A stretch of 64,000 bases of DNA from Chiloscyllium plagiosum (taxonomy: Eukaryota). This document shows positions 13,250-25,775 of the stretch, piece after piece. Below the pieces are notes generated by a model that was given only the letters and a program-made list of their open reading frames with translations, made no database searches and was not told the origin of the DNA. Made by a program: the position numbers and the translations under genes. Location of the stretch: contig NC_057726.1 of NCBI RefSeq assembly GCF_004010195.1, positions 19,459,321 through 19,523,320 of the forward strand. Direction: 5' to 3'. The first letter of the stretch is position 1, and every line of letters starts with the position of its first letter.

Positions 13250-14425
13250 TAGACGTTTACAGAACAGAAGGAGGTCATTCAGTCCATCATGTCATTGCCA
13301 GCCAATAAATATCTGACTACACTAATCCCATTTTCCAGTTCTTGGCTCATAGCTCTGGAGGTTATGGCAACACAAGTAAATTTCTAAATAGTTCTTAGAT
13401 GTTACAAGAGTTTCTGACTTAGCTTCTGACTTTGGCAATAAGTTCCAGAATCCCAACTGGGTGAAAAGGCTTCTCCTCACCTCTCCTCTTAATGCCTATT
13501 TCTTATTGCCTTCATATCCATCCTATCTGTGCTCCTCATAATCTTACACATTTCTATCAGGTGTCCCTTCTCAACCTTTGCTGCTCTAAGGAAAGCAAAC
13601 ATATCCTATCCAATCTATTCTCACAGTCAGACCCTCCAGCCCAGGCAACATCCTGGTAAATCTCCTCTGCACCCTCTCTAATGTAATCACATCTTACTTA
13701 TAATGCAGTGATCAGAACTGCACTCAAGACGTCAGTTGTGGCCGAATCAGCATTTTATAAAGTTCCCCGTAACCTCTTGCATTCAATGTTTTATCTAATA
13801 AAGGCAAGTATCCTATCTGCCTTAACAACCTTATCGACCTACCCTGCTACTTTCAGAGATCTGTGGATATGAACACCAAGGTACCTCTGATTTTTCCGAC
13901 TTTCTTACCTTCATAGTATAATCCCTTGCCTTATTAGCCCTTACCAAGTGCACTACCTCACACTTTTCCAGATTGGAACTTATTTTACACCATCTGACTG
14001 GACCATTGATATCGTTATGCAGTTTATGGTTGTCCCACTTGCTATTTATTATCCTACAAGTTGTTGTGTCATCTACAAACTCTCTACATTAAGCACATTA
14101 ATGCACATGACAAACTGCAAGGGCATCAGCACTGAATCCTGCTGAACCGCACGGAAACAGACTTCCAGTCACATGAACATCCCTGTACCATCACAGTCCA
14201 CTTCCTGCCCATCAGCCAATTTTGAAACCAAATTATATTTTGCCTTGAGTCTCATGGGTTATCACTTTCTTAATCAGTCTGCATGAGGGACATCCTCAAA
14301 AGTTTTACGAAGGGCCATATAAACCATATCAAATGCATTATCCTCTTCTATATGCCTTGTTGCATCCTTGAAAGCTTCAATCAAATTTGTCAAACATGAC
14401 ATTCCCTTGACAAATCCCCATGACA
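13250..14425 (-). mobile_element. Old CR1 LINE 3' fragment
   Basis: GFVKGMSCLTNLIE..DMVYM..FEDVPH ORF remnant and a CR1 tail at the left end. Confidence 0.8.
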
Positions 14426-14753
14426 GCTTTGTCTTCATTGCAAATTCCTGCCTTGCCACCAATGCTCACATCCCAGGAATAGTTAAAAAATGTATGCCAC
14501 CACAAGGATTATGATAAGGGTTTTTCCCCTCGCATGTTTCTCTGACCAGGTAGGTCAAGCACTGTAAAGCACATGCATAATTCATTAAGAATAAATAAAT
14601 TTTAATTACTTACTTAAATAAAAATGTATTTGCCAATTTCATTTTACAAGTAACGCAAATGTTAGAAAACTTCCTAGAATTCCATATTACAATTCCAGTT
14701 ATCAACTAAATAGCAATAAACCAAAGTAAATGATATGATGTTCAACAGCTTAC

Positions 14754-14869
14754 TTTGGTGAATAATTGCAGACTAAGTAGACAGCATTCTCCCAAATTTC
14801 TCCCCATACGTTCATTCTTCCACAGACATTGATGGCACAGCCAACTCTATTCGTTGTTGCCCACACCAA
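14754..14869 (-). CDS. CRISPLD2: CRISPLD2 exon 5 (116 nt)
   Basis: tttttag|[38 protein letters not shown](K)|gtaagc; CRISP signature motifs VW..GCA and LVCNY; phase 0 to 2. Confidence 0.95.
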
Positions 14870-15396
14870 CTAAAAATAAATACAAAATGAATGTTAAACA
14901 AAGCACCAAGCTTTAAGCACATCTTGTGCACAGAATACGGCTGAACTGCTAACCAAGTGAAAATAAACACTGGTAACTTTATTGTTTTGATTTGAAAAAG
15001 GAAACGCAACTTGGTTGACTAGCTTCGCTCATTTAAGACGTGAGTTTGATTTAGAAGCTTGCAAAGTAATCAACAATGTACAATCTCTACTAAGGGATGA
15101 TCATAGGAGGAAATGGAGTTGAGGGTCAGTAAGAGTACAAAGTACACACACGGGTTTAAGAAAGACAAAACACTGAATTATCCTTTGATAGAGGGCCAAG
15201 TTGGAAGATAACTGAATGGTTAGTGGTCAGATCTGAGAATGTATGGTCTGCAGCTGTTGTCTGCAGCTGGTCCAGATAGTGGATAGGTGAAATACAAAGG
15301 CAGATGATCTGATGAAATCTTAGTTATGAAGTGAGCAAAGATATAGCTGATGGTAAGGAACAATAACTTTTAGACGATGCATATGAATAATATATA

Positions 15397-15611
15397 CAGG
15401 TCATTCTGCTACAATGCATTTTTCGTCAACATGAATTGGTTATAACACAATTGACGAATTGTGGACATTGTTTGGATAACACAAACTGTATACTGAACAG
15501 GTGTGGCAATTTTCTACAGTGATATCCTACAGTGAGACTTTCCATAGTGCGATTTTTTTATAGCGCAAGGTTTTAGAGGAACACACTGTTGTGTTATAGC
15601 AGACTGACTTA
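15397..15611. mobile_element. MITE of Tc1/mariner (Tigger-like) type
   Basis: Terminal inverted repeats caggtcattctgctacaatgca / tgtgttatagcagactgactta (16/22 match), flanked by TA on both sides. Confidence 0.6.
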
Positions 15612-16555
15612 TATATCAATGTTCGTAGACTTGGAACATCACATTACAACTGCCCAAACCTCCTTTATTTAAAATTAAAGAAGAAAGTTCCCGTGGCAAA
15701 CTTAGTTTAAAAAACTTGACAACTGCAAAACATGCTTTCATCACTGCCTCGAGGGACATTCAGAAAAAGTGTCATTTTAAAATTTAATATCCAGTTCTGG
15801 AGGAAACTGCTTTGTGAAATTTACTTTAAGTGACAGTAAATGTCAAGTCCATGTTCTTTGGAACAGTGCACTTGTCTAAAAGTCTGTGGTAGGTTTCACC
15901 TTAGAGTGGGATATTGTGGTGATTAACGTATCATTCACTCTAATAAAGGTTATTTAGCCACTCAAAAACCTGGCACTAAATTAACAAGTTAAAAGTAATT
16001 TTGCAAACCAGAATGCTGTCTGGACACAGCACCAAGTAAAGGATTCTACGTGCTTTCTCTTACAACCTGACCCAGACAGCTTCCATCAGATCACCTGAAT
16101 TTCAGTATTTCCTCTTCACTTTCTGATGGTCTGTACCTTATTTTGTGCTGATAATAGCTATTCCACATAGTGCTACCAGTGCTTGCAAATCACTTACTTT
16201 GCCCCAAGTACTTCAAATCAGTAACAGACAATATCATAATTAACAAATGTATTATACGCATATATGCACAAAAATATTAGAACAACATTACACAGTATTT
16301 ACAGCACTCACATTCACCAACTTCTGTAAGCCAATCAAACTTGCACATTAACAGAAAGCTTCTTAGTCAACTGTCCATAAACATTAATGTTGTTAAAAAT
16401 ATATTTTTGAGGCTTCTAATGTAATGTAATCCATAAATGATCCCAATCAGAATAGATAAACATTTTCCTTTTCACAATAATAATTCTGTAAAACATGTGT
16501 TTTGTTTTGTGTATTTGTTTTCAAATGTATTCTCAAACTTGGGCATTTCACTTAC

Positions 16556-16688
16556 TTGTGTGTAGTGGGTGCACATTGAACCAGAACATCTTTCAGGGCA
16601 CCAAGGATTGCATTCATGTGCATATGGGTATGTGTAATCTTTGACTTCGTCATACCATGCCTGCACATGGGAAGCTGGAGACCGATAT
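16556..16688 (-). CDS. CRISPLD2: CRISPLD2 exon 4 (133 nt)
   Basis: ttcag|(R)[44 protein letters not shown]|gtaagt; CAP-domain CTHYTQ motif; phase 2 to 0. Confidence 0.95.
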
Positions 16689-16799
16689 CTGAAACAACAG
16701 AGGCACAAATCTGTCACACCTATCACTTGCAAGTCATACTGCTGGTCAATAATTCACAAATACCTATTTAATACCACGCAAACATCTTCAAGTTATGAG

Positions 16800-17052
16800 A
16801 ATATAGGAAATAAGAGCAGGAATAGGTCATGTAACCCTTTGAAACTGTCCTACCATTCAGTAAGATCATGTTTTATCTGATCATAGCCTCAAACAACTTT
16901 ACTGCCTGTTCCAAATAACCCTTGTTTTGCCTATAGTTCACAAATCTGTTTATCTCAGCTTTAAATGCATTCAAAGATTCAGGTTGCATGGCTCTCTGAT
17001 GTAGAGAATTCCAAAGATTTACAACTCTTTGCGAGAGGAAATTCCTCATCTC
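16800..17052 (-). mobile_element. CR1 3' tail fragment
   Basis: EMRNFLSQRVVNLWNSL..FKAEINRF. Confidence 0.8.
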
Positions 17053-19944
17053 CAATTGATTTCCGATGGTATTGTATATGATGAGTCATGGTTAAGTCGA
17101 ACTTTCAAATGAATTAGAATTGAAGTGCAGAGTATAGTTTGAAGAGGGAAGGTGCAAGAAAAATTGAGTGCCCCATTTAAAGTCTTAAATTGTGTCTTTA
17201 ATTTTGTAACTAAATAATAACATAAAATCCAAATTATAATGAGCAAATTTTGCAGCAATTTTGATTCATATTAGACCTGAAGAACTGAAAAGCAAAATTG
17301 AGAGTCTACAATTTCATACTGATGATTACAGAATGACCTATTTACGCAAAGCATATTCATTGTAAAAGGGAGAATTTATAAGTTCATGCAAAAGCAAGAT
17401 TTTTAATATGCCAATTGTTGATCATATGTTGTGTAACAGATAGGAAGTCAGAAAATACAGGCCCTTGCTTACCTGTCTCTTATTTTGTTTTAATCTTAGG
17501 GTTTGAGAATGTATTGACCATTTCTCCTTGCCTTGAATTATTTATAGCAGATACAAAAGGCAGTATCTTGTTGGGAACCATGTTGAGATTGTAGTTATAT
17601 CTAATCTGAGCCAGTTAAGGATGATGGAACTTATAGCAATTCCAACATTTTAATAATTCTTCTAGCATTCAAATTCTTAACTGTAAATAATAATGTTTAA
17701 TTGAAATTATATTATCTCAATTACTAGTCCAGCAACATAATCCATTCCCAGCCCAATCTTCTGCTTCTTTCTCTCTTCTTCTCTTGTTTCTTTCACTCTA
17801 CATCTCTACTTCACTTTCTGTTCTTGATTTCCTTCTTTCTTTTATGATCAACGGTGATGGATGTTGGGGCCTTGGGGTGTGTCAAGGAAATGAGCAACCG
17901 TAGGTGCAAACTACTTGTGGACTGGGATTTGAGAGACGCTATGCTCTTCAGCAACTCCCTTTCCCTTCCCTTCACCAATCATTCGTGTTTGTGTTTCCAT
18001 TGTGTCTCACCCACCATCATTTGATCACCTTAGTTTTCCTTCCTGTCACTCTCTCATCTCTTTGCCTTTGATCGACACAATCTGCCTCATGTAACTTCCC
18101 TTTTTGGTGCCCACTATGAATGCTCTTATGAGGAACCCTCCATTTAAACCTTACCCTCTCCAATCCTGACAGAAATAGCCAGAAACCAGTGATCTCCTTT
18201 TTCATCTTATTTGTTTTCTTCACTATAGCTGTATTTGATCTCACAAATCAACTTACTTAGTGACTTCCCTCTCTGACTGGCATTAATAGTTTCAAACATG
18301 GTAACACTTTAACAGTTACACAAACAAGTGAAAACGATTTACAGCATCTTTTCTAATGTCGGAAAATATAGATGTTGGCTTCAACAAAGAACAAAAAACA
18401 ATACAGCACAGGAACAGGGCCTTCAGCCCACCGACCCATTTTGTCTTTCCAGATTATAACTGTCTTCACTGACACTTCACAATAATTGTTTCTTTTTGCA
18501 AAGATTAGCATAACGAGATATGGCTTGGTACCCAATATTGCTAATTTTTTCTCACTTATTTTATAACAACAAGCTCCATTCCTCAGTTTAAGACATTGAA
18601 TCCAAAACAAAAGCTACAGCTGGAATGCAGTCATTATTCTGATTGTCTCACTCACAATCCTTGTTTTAAAAAGAAACATCCAATATAAGATTTCTTCTTT
18701 TCTCAAGGCTGGTGGCATATAAGGCAAACAAAGCTTGTTTCTATTTCCATAGCTTGCTTTTCCTGAAACTAATCACTGGTCTGTCACCAGAGGCATTACT
18801 CCACACCAAATACGGCTAACCAAGAGTAACATCTACTCTTACTGCCAGCACTTGGCACATCAGCAGGACTTACAGGCTGATAATGGACCTATTTGGTCAT
18901 GTTATGACAGCACCTTCCATGGCCATCAACAATTCTTGTGGGATTTGAACTGGGAGCTTCTGGGCCAGAGATAGAGTTCCTCCAGCTGTATTGCAAGACT
19001 GTCCCTGGTTTTTCAAAAAAGCAAGAGGCCAAAAAATGCTGGAAACTGAGGGGAAATGATCCAACAATGCATTGTAGGAATTTGGGTACATTGTAAATTA
19101 AGTTGCAATGATTCAAATAGCAGTATCAAATCTCTGGTCAAAAATATCAAATCCAATGCTAAGCTTTTAGGAGAAATTGAGGTTTTCAATAAAATCTCAA
19201 ATGATGACATATTGGGAAATTAATTGTTTTAATTATTTATTAAGATCTTTATTTTAGGGATTAATATTTTCAATGACTATAAAAGACGTTTCAAATGAAA
19301 ATTATTCAGAAAGCATTTTGTTTAATTTGTGAGGCAAAGCCACCAGCTGGGCAGATGGTGCAGGTACAGGAATATGAACTTAGGTTGGAGAAACCTATTA
19401 CAAATGTGGATATAGAAAGTTATCTATTATGGTTAGATATAAAAGCAAAAGTGTAACAATGTGTACAACTTGGTAGAAATTATGGGCATTATGTAACTGA
19501 TCTAAAATGATTTCTACTTAAACGGCAAATGTTTATGGCAATTTGGGATGCCATGTGGTGAAGTTGGTTGAAGCAGAAGCAGTGCAGGTTGAGGAGCTGT
19601 GGGAAATGTAAAACTAAGGTGTTACTCTGCCACCACTGGATGAGGGATTTCATTACAGAATTACAAGCTCATGTTTGCAGTTTTCATTATGAATGCTGAC
19701 ACAAAAATATGCAGTGTTACAGAACCAGCTGACAAAACATGTACAGTTTCGATGGCAGGAAGTGTATATGGACATTAGTTTTCTTAAAATAATGCAGAGC
19801 AACAACTGATCCCAGTACAAAAATCATCAATAGGAAACTGCAGAGAGAAATTTCTCTCATATTAACTCTCCCAAATTAACGTGGGGTTTTTGTCTGTTTC
19901 TTTGTTTGACCCAGGAGTTCTCATAATTTTGCTGGGCAAGTGTA

Positions 19945-20360
19945 AACATAGCAACATAGAAAATGGAAACAGGAGTAGAATATTCAGCCCTTTGAGCCTG
20001 TTCTGCCATTCAATATGATTGTGGATGATCATCCAACTCAACTGCCTGTTCCCATTTTTCTCCATTATCCTTTGATCCCTTTAGCCCCAAGTGTGATATC
20101 TAACTTCTTCTTGAAATTATACAAGGTTTTGACCTTGACTGCTTTTTGTGCCAGTGAATTCCACATACTCACTACTCACTGGGTGAAGAAATTTTCTTCA
20201 TCTCAGTCTTAAATAGTCTGCCCTGTATCCTTAGACTGTGACCCCTGGTTGTAGACTGCCCCATCATCATATGTTCATCCTGTCATCCCAGGAATCAGTC
20301 TGGTAAACCTTTGCTGCACTCCCTTTATAACAAAATCTGCACACAATATTCCAGGCGTGA
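19945..20360 (-). mobile_element. CR1 3' tail fragment
   Basis: Typical CR1 3' end; similar pieces at about 1870-2185, 2560-2930, 26265-26970, 50660-50995, 58030-58475, 60355-60880 and 61755-61990. Confidence 0.75.
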
Positions 20361-20406
20361 TGCAAATAGTGTTAGACAATTTGGGTGCGTTGACCGTAAG
20401 CTCAGA

Positions 20407-20695
20407 CAGCATCCGAGGAGCAGGAGAATTGACATTTCAGGCATAAGCCCTTCATCAGGAATGAGGCTTGTTGGTTGGGGCGGGGGGGGGAGCTGTGAGA
20501 AAAATAGGAGGGGTGAGGCTGGGGTGAAGGTAGCTGAGATATCAATAGGTAGATGAAGGTAAGGAGAAGGTGATAGGTTGGAGAGGAGGATGGAGGGGAT
20601 AGGTGGGAAGGAAGATGAACAGGTAGGACCATTCCAAGAGGGTGGTGCCAAGTCTTTGACTCTGCTCTCCAACATCTGCAGTCGTCACTTTCTCC
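20407..20695. mobile_element. Penelope-derived element (family A) with purine-rich internal segment
   Basis: Same terminal sequence; TSD tgaccgtaagctcaga / tgaccataagatcaga at 20391-20406 / 20696-20711. Confidence 0.78.
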
Positions 20696-20822
20696 TGACC
20701 ATAAGATCAGATCCACTATCCTAACAAACATCCTGTATTGTTCTTGGATTGATCCAAACTTTAAAATATGGTATCTGTGTTCGGAAATAAGTACAATACA
20801 ATGAACCTGTGTAAGAGCTTAC

Positions 20823-20941
20823 CTTCCCCAGTGTACTGCGAGGTTCTGACCTATTGACTTGATCAGATGGGAAGGACCATGGTCCCAAACGCATTGCTGA
20901 GCCCAGCTCTCAGCAGACTGTTCCAATTCATAATCCCATTC
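20823..20941 (-). CDS. CRISPLD2: CRISPLD2 exon 3 (119 nt)
   Basis: Not in the ORF track; read manually as tttttag|[39 protein letters not shown](R)|gtaagc. Phase 0 to 2, in frame with both neighbours. Confidence 0.93.
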
Positions 20942-22236
20942 CTAAAAAGCAACACACATAGCATTAAATAATACCAGACAAATAACAATTTATTCTGTGT
21001 CAGGAATAGCACCTTGAGTTAAAACATTCCATATAACAGCCCATCTTTAAGTTTTACTACAGACTTCTACATGGACTGTTCAATCATTCCCTCTTCAGTG
21101 CAGTAATAATGATTGACAGCCATCTGAATTAAAAGTTGAAAATGTAACTCCCAGAGTGATGATGTTACAAATTTAGGTTCCTACTACCAGATTAAAGATC
21201 CCTTTTTCTGTTGCATTCATTTTGTGTCTCATTTACCTAAAACTCCAGTTTTAAGAATTTTAAGATTACATTTTGTTGGTAAGGGAAAGCAGGAATAAGA
21301 GGAGTTTGCAGGCACGTTTGAATATTTAGAATCAAAATGACTAGTTTTCTCAATTAACAGTTCTGAAAATAACTGCATTACTAGACAAGTACTTATCAAT
21401 TTTCTGTTTTTTTAAATGTATTACCTACTCCTAATTTCTACACATTATTTAAAGTCCTGCCCACAGTTAACTTGAAATAGTCACAACAGGAAAATATATG
21501 TTCCGGAAGATGGAAATCACAAACATTGAAACAATGTTGTAAAAAAGTGATTTAGTGGCTGTTTCTTCTAGAAGCCAATAAACAAAAACGTTCCTTCACA
21601 TTTTCCTCAACATGTAGTCTGCTACCTTTACATCATCCTCAGGCTGGACAAATCAAACACATCAATGTGATGCTTACATTCATATTTATAGCGAGGATGG
21701 AGCCAGTCTCCTGTAAGGTACAGGGCAAAGCCAAGTTCAACTTTGCATGGAACATGTCAAAAAAGTGAGTGCATGGAGCATCCCAAGACCAAGCAGAAAT
21801 ACTTGGAGCAGCCCATGTCAATTTTCTGGAATGATTGATAAAAGCCAGAAATGACAGTAGCAATGCAGTTTTTTTCCTGTGACATCTGTCCAAGGTGCTT
21901 TCTGTTTAAAGTTGTCAATTTGAAAAGTTCCTTCCCCCAGTTGAGTATCCCATGATGGTGAAAGTTCTGGCAGGGCTTCCTAAAGTGGGGATGGAAACCC
22001 AAAAAGGGTAACATTTTCAGGGCTATTAGTTTCAGGACAGGAGTAGCTGCCAATGGAGCTCTGACTGAGTTATAGCACCTGTGTTTGGTGCGAACAGATA
22101 GCCCCATTCCTTACACAGGATCCCCTGCTGTCTCTCCACACAGTTCTCCCTTTGGGATTACAACAATTCCCATGCCTCCAAATAAGATCCCAGATTTAAA
22201 CATGTTGGGAAGCACTGATCTCTGACACCTACTCAC

Positions 22237-22461
22237 CATGTATTCCATGTTGGAGGATGATGGATAGACCTCTCCCCTCAGGTGGTTGTGAAGTTGCAAA
22301 ATCTCATCTTTGTCAATTTGGGAGATGGATCTCTTGGCCCTGGAGTGGAAATGTTTGAGCAAATGTTCGAAATGCGTGGCATTAAGCACACTCCGGCAGC
22401 TCGAGTCTTGCACCAAGGCTATTAATGTAGCAACTAGGATCCAGGAGTGGCAAGGACTCAT
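22237..22461 (-). CDS. CRISPLD2: CRISPLD2 first coding exon (exon 2, 75 codons): signal peptide, RAKR furin-type site, start of the CAP/SCP domain
   Basis: Translates MSPCHSWILVATLIALVQDSSCRSVLNATHFEHLLKHFHSRAKRSISQIDKDEILQLHNHLRGEVYPSSSNMEYM and ends at a GTGAGT donor (22236-22231). HNxLRxxVxPxxSNMEYM is the CRISP/CAP signature. CRISPLD2 is preferred over CRISPLD1 because of the adjacent USP10 (known human synteny). Confidence 0.92.
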
Positions 22462-22521
22462 GTCTTGAGGAATGATCGGTCTCAAACAACGGACTAAAGC
22501 CAAACACCTAATGGGCTCGGT
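22462..22521 (-). other. CRISPLD2: CRISPLD2 exon 2, 5' UTR portion
   Basis: Strong acceptor ttttttattactattccag immediately upstream on the minus strand (AG at 22523-22522). Confidence 0.7.
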
Positions 22522-22987
22522 CTGGAATAGTAATAAAAAATGTCAGACTCATTGGCTGTTAAAATAATTGGGCATACATTTCAGGGAATACTTGGCCGCT
22601 GTGTTAATTCTTTGAAGAGTTATTCTACGGCTCTAAAACTATTCGTGAGTAAGTACTGATGCTGAAAGATAAATGACTAAAATACTGAATATAAATATAT
22701 AATTATCTTGGCTCTAAGAGCTGAATGCTTCACAGTGCAAATTCAAACGCAGCAATGACGTTAAGGCACAGGGTAAACTGGAGTCTTTGCTACTTCAGCT
22801 GTTTGGACATGACTGGATCAGAAACGAGAGTGCCACGCGATCATGTCAATGAAACAGTCAATTCCAGCGACTCGATTAAAGATTATTTTGTTCATCTTTG
22901 ATGAACGCGTCTCTGATCTCGTCTATCAGCCGGAATCAGTTTGGCCCTCCAGCCTCCCTGTGATCCAGAGAACGGTTCCCGGCAGAT

Positions 22988-23122
22988 AGAGGTAAAAACA
23001 ATGACTGCAGATGCTGGAAACCAGATTCTGGATCAGTGGTGCTGGAAGAGCACAGCAGTTCAGGCACCATCCGAGGACAGGCAAAATCGACGTTTCGGGC
23101 AAAAGCCCTTCATCAGGAATAA
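22988..23122 (-). mobile_element. Penelope-derived terminal repeat (family A variant) in CRISPLD2 intron 1
   Basis: gactgcagatgctgga..gtgctggaagagcacagcag..tcgacgtttcgggcaaaagcccttcatcagg. Confidence 0.8.
23084..23120 (-). ncRNA. Minimal type I hammerhead ribozyme motif
   Basis: Minus strand attc-CTGATGA-a-gggc-tttt-gccc-GAAAC-GTC-gatt: core intact, 4-bp stem II, palindromic ACGT stem III, GUC triplet; stem I is weak. Confidence 0.6.
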
Positions 23123-23406
23123 TGCCGAGTGCCGAGTGTGGGAAAGGTGTCTCCCGGAGTGAACCGCCTGGACATCCAGAGAACGGCCACGGGCGACGCC
23201 TGGGGAGGTCAGAGCAACTTTAAACTCTGAACCCAGAACTTAACCCTGAAGGAGTGTGGAAACCTTTCGCGTCCGGGAATGTTTCAGTAAATAATGCCAA
23301 ACAATTCCGCAGATGTTTACGTTCTGCCTAAAACAAGAACATTTTCGGATTGTAAACTAACAGCACACCCCCTTCCCCAACCACACACACACACACAATT
23401 ACTCAC

Positions 23407-23620
23407 CTTGCAACAAGTCCAAGTGTGGACCAGGGGCAGAGGGAAAGTAAGAGCAGTAAAAAAAAACCTTTACTTTCTTGCGCCGCCTCAAATTCGCTGC
23501 TAAGTGTGTTCCTTTGAAGCGGAGCTGGGCTGTTCTGGGTCAGTTTGCAGGGGTCTGCTCCTTACTGTGGATGTCTGTCTCCCAGCCGGACAGTGAAGCT
23601 CAGGTCGACAGCGCCTCTCT
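23407..23620 (-). other. CRISPLD2: Putative non-coding first exon of CRISPLD2 (start approximate)
   Basis: Consensus donor AAG|GTGAGT at 23407/23406, a TATA box about 30 nt upstream of the inferred start, and locally CpG-rich sequence. Confidence 0.6.
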
Positions 23621-23639
23621 CCGTCTCTCCAGAAGCCGG

Positions 23640-23780
23640 TCGCTGAATTTATATATTTCTACTTGGGGGCAGGACGGGGGTAAAAGCCAGGCTGGTCACA
23701 TCCTGTAAAATGATGTTGTCTCCAGACCTGCCTCTGACGCAGCTTGAAGTGACAAGCCGACTCTGATGCAGATCGAGTTT
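23640..23780 (-). promoter_or_regulatory. Putative CRISPLD2 core promoter (TATATAAA at 23655-23648, GC-rich boxes, TGACGCAGC motif at 23735-23743)
   Basis: Minus-strand TATATAAA within a CpG-enriched region (about 22.7-24.2 kb) that stands out from the CpG-poor background; correctly spaced to the putative exon 1. Confidence 0.55.
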
Positions 23781-25286
23781 GCAAACATCTGTTGTCTTAA
23801 GTTCAGACTTTTTTCTTTCTCTCTGTCTGCTTCATTGCATCCATTCACATGTTTCACTGATGATGCTGCAGGTTTGCAAAACAAAAATAGCACACAAAAT
23901 CGCGCCTTTTAGCTTCAATGTGGGCAGTCGCAGGCTTTCCCCAGCAGGTATTGCATTGAGTTCCTGAAGTAGACAGGGAATTGGTAAGCAGAACTAAATA
24001 AAAACCGGAAGAACTGCGGATGCTGTAAACCAGAAACATTGGGGAGCTGTACTGCCTGTCCTCTTTACCCGCTGGTCTGTCCTCCCTGCCCAGGGGCGAA
24101 CTCACTGCCGATGCAAACACTTTCAACCCCATTAGTCTGAGCTTGGGGAGAAAGGAGGCATTGAACACTGCAGCTAAATCAATTCAACAGAGAAAAAAAA
24201 ATCAGCCGCGCACTTTCACAATAAATGGCTTGAAATGAAGAATAGGTGTCTTTTTTCTCAGGTGTTCCCAGGAAGGGTCGACACTGAACGTAACTCTTGA
24301 TTTCTCTCCACACATGCTGGCAGACCTGCTGAGCTTTTCTAGCAATTGCTGTTTTTGTATTTTTACTAACATGATTTTCATCCAATAATGCAACTGAGAG
24401 CAGGGGATTCCTTTGAATCGCACTGCATTGTAAATATAATTTATTAGTATTTATCCAGGTTTAGTGCACTGGAAATTGTGGTTCCGTTTCAGTAATGAGG
24501 TGGTCTTTACATTTTGACAGAGACAATTTTTAAAGGAATTTCAAATGCTCAAGTCTGCAGAGTACCCCCAGATGCAGGGGTTAACAATACCTACATCAGT
24601 CAGCATGAAGGGACTAGGAGAGAAAACGTTTTGCACAGGGATCGACTTAAATGATCTTACGGCTAATTCACAGCGCCCCTTATCCCAAGGTGATATTTGG
24701 AAATTTAATATCATGTTTTACAACAGCAAACGGATGGTCAACTTGAAGTTTTACTGTTAGATTTAAGTTATAATTTCCTTAAAATGCGAAGTTGTTTCTT
24801 TTTCAAACTTTCACATTTACATTTATAACGCCATGTCTCTGCATCTATCATTAAAAGAACGACTTCACAAATCTTTCGGTCTTTCTCCATTTATTCAGAG
24901 GTACAGTACTGCGATGAATAAAGCGTAAAGTATTGATGTCTTATAGAAACAAGTTAAAACTGAAATAATCATCTGTTTCGTGATATGTTGCCTGAAATAA
25001 TTATGCGTGGGTAAGGTTACATTTGGATCGAAAATGTACAGTCGGACAAGCCATATCGGTGGATGAGGTACTTGGAGTCCGTCAATAGTTTTGTTGAAGT
25101 AACTCTACAAGTTTCTGTTGGGGTGCCCTCTAGCGATAAATTCACGCTTTAAACTGGAACTTTGAAAATAAGTCAAAAGTTTTTCTGGTTGACTGACATT
25201 GTAATTGCAAACACACAGACGCCAGGAAAATGGTTCATGTGGAATAGTTGATCTGCTTTCCCAATCACAGAGAAACTTCCATGAAA

Positions 25287-25775
25287 GGGTGGCACATTGT
25301 CTAGGATGGTTGCCTCACATTACCAGGGAAAAGCAGGAGGCTGGAAGAACACAGCAAGCCAGGCATGTCAGACGGTGGAGGAGTCGCCGTTTCGGGTGTA
25401 ACCCTTCTTCAGTCCGAATGCTGCCTGGCTTGCTGTGTTCTTCCAGCCTCCTACCTGTCTACTTTGGATTTCAGCATCTGCAGTTTTTTAAATCTCTCAC
25501 AGCACCAGAGAACCAGGTTCGATTCCACATTCAGGGGGACCGTGTGCAGTTTGCCCATTCTCTCTGTGCCTGTGTGGGTTTCCTCTGGGTGCGCTAGTTT
25601 CCTCCCACAGTCCAAAGATGTGTGAGCTAGGTGGATTAGCCATACTAAATTGAGCATAACATGCAGGCTAGATGGATTAGCCACAAGAAATATAGAGATT
25701 TGGATACTCTTCAGAGAGTCAGTGTGAACTCGATGGGCCGAATGGCCTGCTTCCATACTATAGAGATTCTATGAT
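25287..25775 (+). mobile_element. HE1-like SINE interrupted by a Penelope-derived insert
   Basis: Head gggtggcaca at 25287; resumes at 25496 with ggttcgattcc, the V-domain and a CR1-like tail gggccgaatggcctg. Confidence 0.75.

Noticed and set aside
22462-22503. N-terminal extension MALVRCLRPIIPQD from the ORF track
   Set aside because: It starts at a TTG; the ATG at 22461 gives a normal signal peptide.
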